64,000 bases of DNA, taken from assembly GCA_964553775.1 (NCBI GenBank), contig CAZKLU010000003.1, forward strand, positions 171-64,170. Direction: 5' to 3'. This DNA comes from an uncultured Oscillospiraceae bacterium. GTDB taxonomy: Bacteria > Bacillota > Clostridia > Oscillospirales > Oscillospiraceae. The notes below the pieces were generated by a model. That model ran no database searches. It saw nothing but the letters and a program-made list of their open reading frames with translations, and was not told the origin of the DNA. Below, in pieces: positions 37,339 through 45,852 of the stretch. A program made the position numbers and the translations under genes. The stretch's first letter is position 1. Each line of letters begins with the position of its first letter.

Positions 37339-39732
37339 ATGGAATATAAGATTGCGCTGGCGGGCAACCCGAACAGCGGTAAAACAACGATGTTCAATGA
37401 CTTGACCGGTTCCAGTCAGTATGTCGGCAACTGGCCGGGCGTTACGGTCGAGAAAAAAGAGGGACATCTCAAAAATCACAAAGACGTAATAATTCAGGAT
37501 TTACCAGGCATTTATTCGCTCTCCCCGTACACTCTTGAGGAGGTCGTGTCCCGTAACTACCTCGTCAATGAACGTCCTGACGCGATTATCAATATCGTTG
37601 ACGGCACAAACATTGAGCGAAATCTCTATCTCACTACACAGCTCATAGAACTTGGCATTCCCGTTGTTATTGCTCTGAACATGGTGGATATTGTCAGGAA
37701 GAACGGCGATAAGATAGATGTTCAGAAGCTCAGCAAGGCACTTGGATGCGAGATACTCGAAACTTCCGCTCTCAAGGGCGAGGGTTCCACCGAAGTTGCT
37801 GAAAAGGCTGTTAAATTAGCGCAGGAGAAGAAAGCAGTCAATATGCCGTCAGTCTTTGAGGGCAGCGTTGAACACGCTATTGCTCACATTGAGGAGTCTA
37901 TTCAAGGCAAGGTTGATGACCGCTTTGTAAGATGGTACGCTATCAAGCTCTTTGAACGCGACGAAAAGGTTCGCGAGGAGTTGAAGCTTGACAATGCGCT
38001 TATGTCTCACCTTGAAGAGCATATAAAAGACTGCGAAAAAGAACTTGACGATGACGCTGAGAGCATAATCACAAACCAGCGTTACGAGTACATAGCGAAG
38101 GTTGTCGAGAAGTCCGTTAAGAAGAAACAGAGCGGAACAAAAATGACAACCTCGGACAAGATAGACAGAGTTGTTACAAACCGTATACTTGCTTTGCCGA
38201 TATTTGTTTTAGTGATGATGCTTGTATACGCGGTTGCCATGGGTGGAACACCTATATCAATCGGCACAATGCTCACTGACTGGGCAAACGATGGGCTTTT
38301 TGGTGACGGCTGGTTTATATCAGGTGACGCTGACGGTTATGATGAAGCTGCCGGAGCATTCGAAGAAGCATCGGCAATCATTGAAGCCTACGAAAACGGC
38401 GAAACCGAAGTATACTTCTACGATGATGAGACGGGCGATACAGATACAGTTGAGGTAACTGAGGAGCTTTATAACGAGTCTCTCACAGTTCCGGAACCCG
38501 ACCCATCCGATTATGGAACATGGATAAACGGTATACCAGTTATTCTCGAAGGTTTCCTTGACAGCATAAACTGCAACGATGTGATTAAAGGTCTTGTGTT
38601 GGATGGAATTGTCGGCGGTGTCGGCGCAGTTCTTGGATTTGTTCCGCAGATGCTTGTTCTGTTCCTGCTGCTGTCCATACTTGAAGATGTAGGATATATG
38701 GCGCGTATAGCGTTCATCATGGATCGTATATTCAGACGTTTCGGTCTTTCCGGCAAGTCGTTCATTCCAATGCTTGTGGCAACAGGCTGCGGAGTTCCGG
38801 GACTTATGGCTTCGAGAACGATTGAGCAGGAACGCGATAGAAAAATGACGCTCATGACAACAACGTTCATGCCCTGCGGCGCAAAGCTCCCGATAATTGC
38901 GATGTTTGCAGGCGCACTTTTTGGTAATTCATGGATTGTCGCTGTTTCAGCGTACTTCATAGGCATTGGAGCTGTTATAGTATCTGGTATTATACTCAAA
39001 AAGACGAAGCCGTTCGCGGGAAAACCTGCGCCTTTCGTAATGGAGCTTCCGGCGTATCATGTTCCATCAGTCAGTGGTGTGCTGAGAGCCACATGGGAAC
39101 GCGGCTGGTCATTCATCAAGCGTGCGGGTACAGTAATTCTTGCGTCAAGCGTAATACTTTGGTTCCTTCAGGCATTCGGCAACACAAACGGCGGTATCGA
39201 GGGTGCGTCTTATGCGTTCGGTCTGATTGAGGACAACAGCTACTCACTTCTTGCGACAGTCGGCAACGCTATTAGCTTCATATTCATCCCGCTTGGTTTC
39301 GGCAACTGGAAAGCGACTGTCGGAACAATAACAGGACTTATAGCAAAAGAAGAAGTCGTTTCCACATTCGGTGTACTCTACGCCGGTAACCTGACCGCTG
39401 ATATTGCGGCAGAGTTTACAGCACTTTCCGGCTACTCGTTCATGATATTCAATCTGCTCTGCGCTCCATGCTTCGCGGCAATGGGTGCCATTAAGCGCGA
39501 AATGAACAACGCAAAGTGGACATTCGCGGCAATCGGTTATATGTGCGGCTTCGCGTATGTGGTGGCACTGATAGTTTACCAGATTGGTGAGCTTTTCAAC
39601 GGAGTGTTCAGCATATGGACAATTATCGCGCTTGTACTTTTGGCTGCTATGCTCTATTTGCTCTTCAGACCGAATCCGTATGATGAGAACGGCAATCTCA
39701 AGAGCAAAGAGAAGGTTGCTTCCTATGCTTGA
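37339..39732 (+). CDS. feoB: Ferrous iron transporter FeoB
   Basis: G-domain GNPNSGKTTMFN and DLPGIYSL, gate motifs, and a polytopic membrane domain. Confidence 0.95.
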   Translation: MEYKIALAGNPNSGKTTMFNDLTGSSQYVGNWPGVTVEKKEGHLKNHKDVIIQDLPGIYSLSPYTLEEVVSRNYLVNERPDAIINIVDGTNIERNLYLTTQLIELGIPVVIALNMVDIVRKNGDKIDVQKLSKALGCEILETSALKGEGSTEVAEKAVKLAQEKKAVNMPSVFEGSVEHAIAHIEESIQGKVDDRFVRWYAIKLFERDEKVREELKLDNALMSHLEEHIKDCEKELDDDAESIITNQRYEYIAKVVEKSVKKKQSGTKMTTSDKIDRVVTNRILALPIFVLVMMLVYAVAMGGTPISIGTMLTDWANDGLFGDGWFISGDADGYDEAAGAFEEASAIIEAYENGETEVYFYDDETGDTDTVEVTEELYNESLTVPEPDPSDYGTWINGIPVILEGFLDSINCNDVIKGLVLDGIVGGVGAVLGFVPQMLVLFLLLSILEDVGYMARIAFIMDRIFRRFGLSGKSFIPMLVATGCGVPGLMASRTIEQERDRKMTLMTTTFMPCGAKLPIIAMFAGALFGNSWIVAVSAYFIGIGAVIVSGIILKKTKPFAGKPAPFVMELPAYHVPSVSGVLRATWERGWSFIKRAGTVILASSVILWFLQAFGNTNGGIEGASYAFGLIEDNSYSLLATVGNAISFIFIPLGFGNWKATVGTITGLIAKEEVVSTFGVLYAGNLTADIAAEFTALSGYSFMIFNLLCAPCFAAMGAIKREMNNAKWTFAAIGYMCGFAYVVALIVYQIGELFNGVFSIWTIIALVLLAAMLYLLFRPNPYDENGNLKSKEKVASYA

Positions 39733-39922
39733 GTTTCTCGCGGCGAATCTTTCATCAATAATAGTCGGCGCGGTGATAGTTGGTATCACGATTTGGATAA
39801 TCGTGTCGGGTATACGCGGCAGAAAGAAAGGCAATTCAGCATGTGCCTCCTGTCCAAACGCCGCCTGTTGCGGACATAATCGGTGCGAAGAAGAAAACGT
39901 CTCCGCACCACCGGTAAAATAA
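39725..39922 (+). CDS. FeoB-associated Cys-rich membrane protein
   Basis: One TM helix followed by CASCPNAACCGHNRC. The ATG overlaps the feoB stop. Confidence 0.7.
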   Translation: MLEFLAANLSSIIVGAVIVGITIWIIVSGIRGRKKGNSACASCPNAACCGHNRCEEENVSAPPVK

Positions 39923-40152
39923 ATGCGGTACTGTGCCGCGGGACGGATTTATAATCCGTGTATCCGGTAATTTGAATCAGCGAAACTCGTATGTTTAAAA
40001 ATAATGAGATTACATATAAGTGATCTGCCTGAAATTTGGAACTTTTGAACCGTGAATCTTTGGTGATGAGAGCAAGGCAGCACTCAGGAAATGTGTTTCA
40101 CAGATTCAGCAGTAAAAGAAAGTTAATCCACTCTCTCCTTTATGATATAGTT

Positions 40153-40195
40153 AAATTCTCCGTAATGCACAGGCTTTACGGAGAATTTGATTTTA
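40153..40195 (+). terminator. Strong orphan hairpin with T-run, 230 nt downstream of the feo operon
   Basis: AAATTCTCCGTAA-10 nt-TTACGGAGAATTT (13-bp stem) followed by GATTTTA. Confidence 0.5.
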
Positions 40196-40443
40196 TAGGC
40201 TTATTAAGCGCGATACGGACTAAGAAATGTTGTTGGGCTTATTTAGGAAATTCTTATACTCCATAAGTACCGCCATAGAAAAAGCAGCTAAATACATTCA
40301 AAAGAATCGTCAAATGCCCAAATGCGCTTAGAATTTGAAATTGATAAATCTCTTAACACAACGAAGCAAAAATATAGAGTTCTCTATACTATTGGACATA
40401 TCACTATGCGGATTACTTTACGCAACCGCTGCCCGCAAGCTTC

Positions 40444-40872
40444 TCACGTTTTCTTTATAAATCTTGTTCCGCATTTACGGCAGGTTATTTGAATTTTACC
40501 TTTATTCTTAGGAACTCTCAGTACAACATGGCACGAGGGACATTTGTAGAAGCGATAGTCTTTTCTCTGCTTGAAACGTTGAAGCTGAATTGAGCAGATA
40601 TTTCTGATACCTCGCGTAATTTTCAGATACCTTCTGTTTTCCTCGGCACGTTTATAGACATTTCTTGACAACATACGCCAATATGTGTAGATTATGGTAA
40701 TCATGGATAAAATCCAGAGAATACTGCTTAATATCCCGTTTAATACATTGTATGTAAATTGAGATATTATAAGAAATATAAGCGCGGAGACAATATTAAA
40801 TTTTGACAGAGAATCCCCGCCGTATCTCCCCGCAAAAAATTTTCTTAATTTTTCTTTCATTGCGGTATCCAC
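40444..40872 (-). CDS. Membrane protein with a C-terminal zinc ribbon; function unknown
   Basis: Two TM helices, then CPSCHVVLRVP...ITCRKCGTRF. Confidence 0.6.
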   Translation of the reverse strand: MDTAMKEKLRKFFAGRYGGDSLSKFNIVSALIFLIISQFTYNVLNGILSSILWILSMITIIYTYWRMLSRNVYKRAEENRRYLKITRGIRNICSIQLQRFKQRKDYRFYKCPSCHVVLRVPKNKGKIQITCRKCGTRFIKKT

Positions 40873-41235
40873 TCCCCTTTAAATCCTTTTGTACATAATA
40901 ATCTATAATTCATACGGTACTTTGTACGTTCTGTAAAATATATATTTCTTAAAACTAAATTTTTAATGAATTGCCGCAGATTTTCAGATTCCTTTAAGAA
41001 CCTCAGCGTATACGGATTGCGCTGCGGATTTTAAGGATTTTAAGGTGATTTTTCACCAGAATTCCGCGTATTTTCAATGAAATTAACAAAAAATACGCAA
41101 GGAGGTAAGTAAGATATGCGCGAAGATATTTTGAAAAGTCTCTTAATATCCTCCGGTCGCGTCGGCGGACGGGGTTGCTCACAAAACCGCAAACGTGGTT
41201 TAATTTGGATTTCAGCAGTCAGCCAGCATCCCCTC

Positions 41236-41264
41236 TTGCAAATCTTAAAATATCGTGCTATAAT
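41236..41264 (+). promoter_or_regulatory. Sigma-A promoter upstream of the histidine phosphatase gene
   Basis: TTGCAA - 17 nt - TATAAT, with extended TGc. The leader is about 105 nt long. Confidence 0.65.
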
Positions 41265-41377
41265 CACTGTCAAGAGAAAGAATCGCGGGTTACAGCGTCA
41301 CTATGTTCCCGCAGAGGTGCGTGACCAAATAAATATCACAATTCGCCAAAATTCACCGACAAGGAGACTTCAACCGA

Positions 41378-41941
41378 ATGCTTATTTATCTTATACGCCA
41401 CGGCGAAACAAACTGGAATCGGGAGGGACGTATGCAGGGTCACGAGGATATACCGCTGAATCCAGATGGCGAACGTCAGGCGTTTGAATGTGCCAAGGCA
41501 CTCCGTGAAGCCGGATTACATTTCGATTATATCCTTACAAGTCCGCTCTGCCGTGCCGTTCGAACTGCCGAATTTATCTCACAGCAGTGCGGCGGCACCG
41601 TTCGCACAGAGCAAAGGCTTATCGAACGTGACATGAAATCAGTCTCCGGCATGAGAGTTGATATATTCAACCCCGAAAAGTATGCCAACGATATGGAACC
41701 GCTGGACGATGTTTCCAGGCGCATGCTCAGCGCATTGACGGAGTTTGCTGAAACGAGCGTCCGTGACTTTGCGGCTGTCTCACATGGTGCGTCCATAAAC
41801 TCTGTATTGAGATTTTTGTCAAACGGCGAAATTGGAAGCGGCAAGACCCGTCTGAAAAACGCCTGCATAAACATTCTCCGGTACGATGACGGAGGTACGA
41901 TCTCAGTCGTTCGCTATAATCTCAGTGCGCGGGAACTATAG
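41378..41941 (+). CDS. Histidine phosphatase family protein (phosphoglycerate mutase / CobC-like)
   Basis: LIRHGETNWN catalytic motif and a downstream SHG. Confidence 0.85.
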   Translation: MLIYLIRHGETNWNREGRMQGHEDIPLNPDGERQAFECAKALREAGLHFDYILTSPLCRAVRTAEFISQQCGGTVRTEQRLIERDMKSVSGMRVDIFNPEKYANDMEPLDDVSRRMLSALTEFAETSVRDFAAVSHGASINSVLRFLSNGEIGSGKTRLKNACINILRYDDGGTISVVRYNLSAREL

Positions 41942-41949
41942 GTGATATT

Positions 41950-42807
41950 ATGGATCTATGCAGCAAAAAGACTATCGCCATGCTTTTGGAAAGCAACGGT
42001 ATACATCAGCTTCACTCTCTTGGGCAGAATTTTCTCATAGCTCCGTGGGTCCCCGATAGAATAGCGGAGGAATCAGGCATTGACAGGTCAAACGGGGTTC
42101 TGGAGATAGGTGCGGGTATAGGCTGTCTCACCGAAAATCTCGCTGCAATAGCCGGTAAAGTCATAGCGGTGGAGCTTGACAGACGGCTTATTCCAATATT
42201 AGAGCAAACAGTCGGATTTCACGATAACGTCACAGTTCTCAACCGCGACATTATGAAGTTAGAGCTTACGGAGCTTGATTTCTCTACGCTCACCCCCTGC
42301 GTGTGCGCGAATCTGCCGTATAAAATCACAACTCCTGTGTTGACTAAACTCATTGAATCCAAGTTATTTTCATCAATAACCGTCATGATACAGCGCGAGG
42401 TGGCGCAAAGAATAACGGCACATCCCTCAACACCTCAGTACGGGGCGTTCTCTGTCTATTGTCAGTTTTATACTGAACCTAAGGTGCTGTTTGATGTACC
42501 TCCGGCGTGTTTTGAACCGGCTCCGAAAGTGACAAGCAGTGTTGTCAGGCTAAGAGTCCTCAGAAAACCTCCGATTGAAACCGATGAGAAGCTTTTTTTC
42601 AAAATAGTGCGCTCCTCATTTGGGCAGAGACGCAAAACACTTTCAAATTCGCTTTATTCAGGTCTGAACGGCGATATTACAAAGGACGCGATTATAGAGT
42701 GCATATCAAAGTGCGGTATTTCCCTCAATGCGCGTGGTGAGACACTGACAATAGACAGCTTTGCGGCATTGACTGAAGCTATTGGTATGTATCTGCGGGG
42801 GAAATAA
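41950..42807 (+). CDS. rsmA: 16S rRNA (adenine1518/1519-N6)-dimethyltransferase RsmA/KsgA
   Basis: LGQNFL, EIGAGIGCLT and NLPY motifs. Confidence 0.9.
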   Translation: MDLCSKKTIAMLLESNGIHQLHSLGQNFLIAPWVPDRIAEESGIDRSNGVLEIGAGIGCLTENLAAIAGKVIAVELDRRLIPILEQTVGFHDNVTVLNRDIMKLELTELDFSTLTPCVCANLPYKITTPVLTKLIESKLFSSITVMIQREVAQRITAHPSTPQYGAFSVYCQFYTEPKVLFDVPPACFEPAPKVTSSVVRLRVLRKPPIETDEKLFFKIVRSSFGQRRKTLSNSLYSGLNGDITKDAIIECISKCGISLNARGETLTIDSFAALTEAIGMYLRGK

Positions 42808-43909
42808 CATTTGTCAGACAGTCTCCAAAATACCGCACGGCTGTCAACGCCTCTTCAAGCGTGTTGCCGTTAGTTCCCACTTCAACGATAAGAGAGCCGG
42901 TGGTCGCGCTCTGGTTGTATCGGTATTCTGAGATGGATATAGGACGCGCAAGAGTGGGATAACGACTGTTCATCTCAAGCTGAAGCTGCAAGGCAAACGC
43001 AAGGTTCTTTTGCCACTGTGGATGATACAATCCTGAATAATCCGTACCCGCCACTATCATAATTTGAGCGCACGGAGTATCGCCTATATCAGCAACGGTT
43101 TTGTACACGTTTCCGCTGTCATCCTCAAGCGCGTCACGGTGCAGGTCAATAACGACATTTACATCGGGATTCTCCGCAAGAACAGCCTGTATCGCTTCCA
43201 TTGCGCGTGAATAGGAGCCGTTATAGCTTGGGTAGTCATAAAGCTCACGATTGTGTATGACTGGGATCCCATTCTCTGTAAGTATGCGCTCCAACTCATC
43301 TCCAACGCGGATAACATTGTAATTGTCATCTACAGTCCTGTATGGATCGGTCGGTTCGTAATCATCATCACCATCAGGCGTATATGCCTCGCTCCCATGA
43401 GTGTGTATTATGAGAACCTTCGCGTTAGAGAAGTCAAGCTGCTCTGAAAGAAGCGCGTCTATGTCAATGGTGTATCCTGTTCTGTTCTTTATGTATATAC
43501 CGGAGGACACATTATCGTATCCGCCGGTGTCGCCTGTTATTGTGGTGTCAACAGTTTCGGCGGTGTAAAGCTGCGAAGCTGTGAGTGTCTCGTTCTGCAG
43601 CGGTTCCGGTTCCTCGGCTCTTTCGATCGGAACAGGCTTTACAACAGCATGATTGATTGAAACTGTTTCAATATCAGGCGTTGTCTTCTCAGAGTCAGCA
43701 ACAGGAGTGACGGTCGGCAATATAAAGTCAAGCAATGTCACGGCAAACGGCTGTGAACTTTGTCCAAAATCCGGCAACATCGCAACGGTTAATAATTCAT
43801 CTCCGCAAATCAGAAGCAGCACAAATAGAACAGCAAAAGACACAGCAAGTATTCTTGCGGCGTTAATCAGACCCACAGCGCGGTTTTTAAGCTCTTTAGG
43901 AGAACGCAT
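42779..43909 (-). CDS. spoIIP: Stage II sporulation protein P (SpoIIP)
   Basis: N-terminal TM helix, VLIIHTHGSEAY and VIDLHRD motifs. Start is ATG 43909 behind GAAAGGAG. Confidence 0.82.
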   Translation of the reverse strand: MRSPKELKNRAVGLINAARILAVSFAVLFVLLLICGDELLTVAMLPDFGQSSQPFAVTLLDFILPTVTPVADSEKTTPDIETVSINHAVVKPVPIERAEEPEPLQNETLTASQLYTAETVDTTITGDTGGYDNVSSGIYIKNRTGYTIDIDALLSEQLDFSNAKVLIIHTHGSEAYTPDGDDDYEPTDPYRTVDDNYNVIRVGDELERILTENGIPVIHNRELYDYPSYNGSYSRAMEAIQAVLAENPDVNVVIDLHRDALEDDSGNVYKTVADIGDTPCAQIMIVAGTDYSGLYHPQWQKNLAFALQLQLEMNSRYPTLARPISISEYRYNQSATTGSLIVEVGTNGNTLEEALTAVRYFGDCLTNVISPADTYQ

Positions 43910-44186
43910 TAAGTAAAAGGCTCCTTTCTTTTGAATTGTAGGATTAAATATAAGCAGCAAAAACGGACAGCGCAATACCAATTTCCCGCAGTGCAACTAT
44001 TCAAAAACGACGCGCCCTGCGCTTAATGTCTACTCATCTGTATATCTGTCAATCTGTCCTAACGCCCCGCCATATCAGCACTCCCACTATAAATTTCTAT
44101 GCGCCTTTTTTCTTTATATGCTTGCGAAACCGGAAAATATGTATTATAATATCAGCATAAATTTGAATATTCAGGAGGAATCATCA

Positions 44187-44450
44187 ATGGAAACAGTATT
44201 TTACCCCAAAGGAGTATGCTCAAAGCAATATACCATCAAACTCCGTGACGGCGTTATTGAGGATATAACAGTTGTCGGCGGGTGCAACGGGAACCTCAAG
44301 GGCATACGCTCACTTATCATAGGACAAAAAGCCGAGGATGTTATCCCGCGCCTTAGCGGTATAAAGTGCGGAATGAGAGGAACTTCATGTCCTGACCAGA
44401 TTTCTATCGCACTTACCGAAGCATTGAGAAAGGAGAAAGAATCAGCATGA
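44187..44450 (+). CDS. TIGR03905-family TSCPD-domain protein
   Basis: VVGGCNGNLKGI...IKCGMRGTSCPDQ. Start is ATG 44187 behind CAGGAGG. Confidence 0.75.
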   Translation: METVFYPKGVCSKQYTIKLRDGVIEDITVVGGCNGNLKGIRSLIIGQKAEDVIPRLSGIKCGMRGTSCPDQISIALTEALRKEKESA

Positions 44451-44692
44451 AGCCAACATTTGCCAACACATTCAATGTCACACATAACAAAATGAAATCA
44501 GAAGTCGCTCTGTCGTTTACTCACATCTACACAGAACATACATTCAGCGTCCGCGATGGTTCTCTGACGGATGTGTCGGCACAGGTTGCCGATGAGGTGG
44601 CGAGTATTCTCATGACACGCGATGGAATGGTCGCTCTTGCGAGACTTCTCTATAAGATTACCGATGATTGGGGAATTGATATTACACAATGA
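44447..44692 (+). CDS. Hypothetical 81-aa protein, translationally coupled on both sides
   Basis: ATGA overlaps at both ends and compact coding. I recognise no motif. Confidence 0.55.
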   Translation: MKPTFANTFNVTHNKMKSEVALSFTHIYTEHTFSVRDGSLTDVSAQVADEVASILMTRDGMVALARLLYKITDDWGIDITQ

Positions 44693-45387
44693 GCGAACAA
44701 TTTAAGCCACTTGCAACTCAAAGCGCACAAAAAGCCGTTCTTTTTGACCTTGACGGTACTCTTGTGAACTCGCTTGGGGACATTTGCGCCAGCGTAAACC
44801 ATATGCTTCTCTCGCGAGGGTATAGAGAGCGTTCAATTCAGGAAATACGCCAGTTTGTCGGAAGCGGAGCCAAAGTCCTGCTTAGACGCGCACTGCCGGA
44901 GAACGTGAAGATGGATGAAGCGGAATTTGACAGGTTCTATAAGGAATACAGAGCATACTACCTTGAACACAGCACTGACACAACAAGACCATACAATGGC
45001 GTTCCGGAGCTGCTGAGTGAACTTGCAAGGCGCGGTTATGCTCTCGCTGTCGTTACAAACAAGCCTGACCCGCATACGAAGCTTATTGTAAATCGATTTT
45101 TCAGCGATTGGGTGTCCTCTGCCGCTGGTTTGACCGATGAGCTGCGGAGAAAACCGGCACCCGATCTTGTGTTCAAGGCACTTTCAGAGCTTGAAATCGA
45201 TGTCAGCCACGCCGTGTATGTCGGAGATTCGGAAGTCGATATAGCGACAGCAAAGGCTGCGGGTGTGCCGTGTGTGTCAGTACTCTGGGGATTCCGCACA
45301 AAAGAGCAGCTTGTAAACGGCGGAGCGGAGATAATTGCTGAAACACCGGATAATGTCTTAGACGCGGTAATGCGTTTAGAAATATAG
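44689..45387 (+). CDS. HAD-superfamily phosphatase (phosphoglycolate phosphatase-like)
   Basis: FDLDGTLVNS, VTNK and GDSEVD motifs. Confidence 0.85.
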   Translation: MSEQFKPLATQSAQKAVLFDLDGTLVNSLGDICASVNHMLLSRGYRERSIQEIRQFVGSGAKVLLRRALPENVKMDEAEFDRFYKEYRAYYLEHSTDTTRPYNGVPELLSELARRGYALAVVTNKPDPHTKLIVNRFFSDWVSSAAGLTDELRRKPAPDLVFKALSELEIDVSHAVYVGDSEVDIATAKAAGVPCVSVLWGFRTKEQLVNGGAEIIAETPDNVLDAVMRLEI

Positions 45388-45637
45388 TAATACGGGTTAG
45401 TACGCGGAGATTAGCTGATAATCGGTTTCCGTAGTGTATTCTCGTAGCAATCTGTACTGAAATTGATTTTGATGGAGCGGTATCCGTGTGCCGCCCAATG
45501 TCGTATATTGACGAGTTGCGTCAGCTCACACGCGAATCCTCAAAATTTACAATTTTCTGTTGAAAAAATCGAAATATGCGGTTATAATAAAATCACCCGC
45601 AGTAAATATTACTTGTTATGAAAGGAGGTGTACACGG

Positions 45638-45847
45638 ATGACATTCACAAAGGATACTATAATCTCTCAGGTCATGATGGTCGCTCCTCAGACCGCCCCG
45701 CTCTTCCAGTCTATAGGTATGCACTGCCTCGGCTGCGCGATGGCAACAAACGAGAGCATCGAGGAGGCTTGTATGGTACACGGTGTTGACCCTGACAAGT
45801 TTATAGATGCGCTGAACGCCTATGTCGCGGAAAACGTGAGCGCGTAA
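45638..45847 (+). CDS. DUF1858 / hybrid-cluster-protein-associated redox disulfide domain protein
   Basis: MHCLGC motif in a protein of about 70 aa. Start is ATG 45638 behind AAAGGAGG. A TTGAAA-17-TATAAT promoter lies upstream. Confidence 0.7.
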   Translation: MTFTKDTIISQVMMVAPQTAPLFQSIGMHCLGCAMATNESIEEACMVHGVDPDKFIDALNAYVAENVSA

Positions 45848-45852
45848 AAACG

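Noticed and set aside
40036-40266. 76-aa ORF downstream of feo
   Set aside because: It reads through a 13-bp terminator stem, has no SD and has atypical composition.
41116-41487. + strand 123-aa ORF behind a perfect AAGGAGG
   Set aside because: The predicted product is Arg-rich and looks like nonsense. It contains the TTGCAA-17-TATAAT promoter of the phosphatase gene and overlaps that gene out of frame. At most a very short leader peptide could be real.
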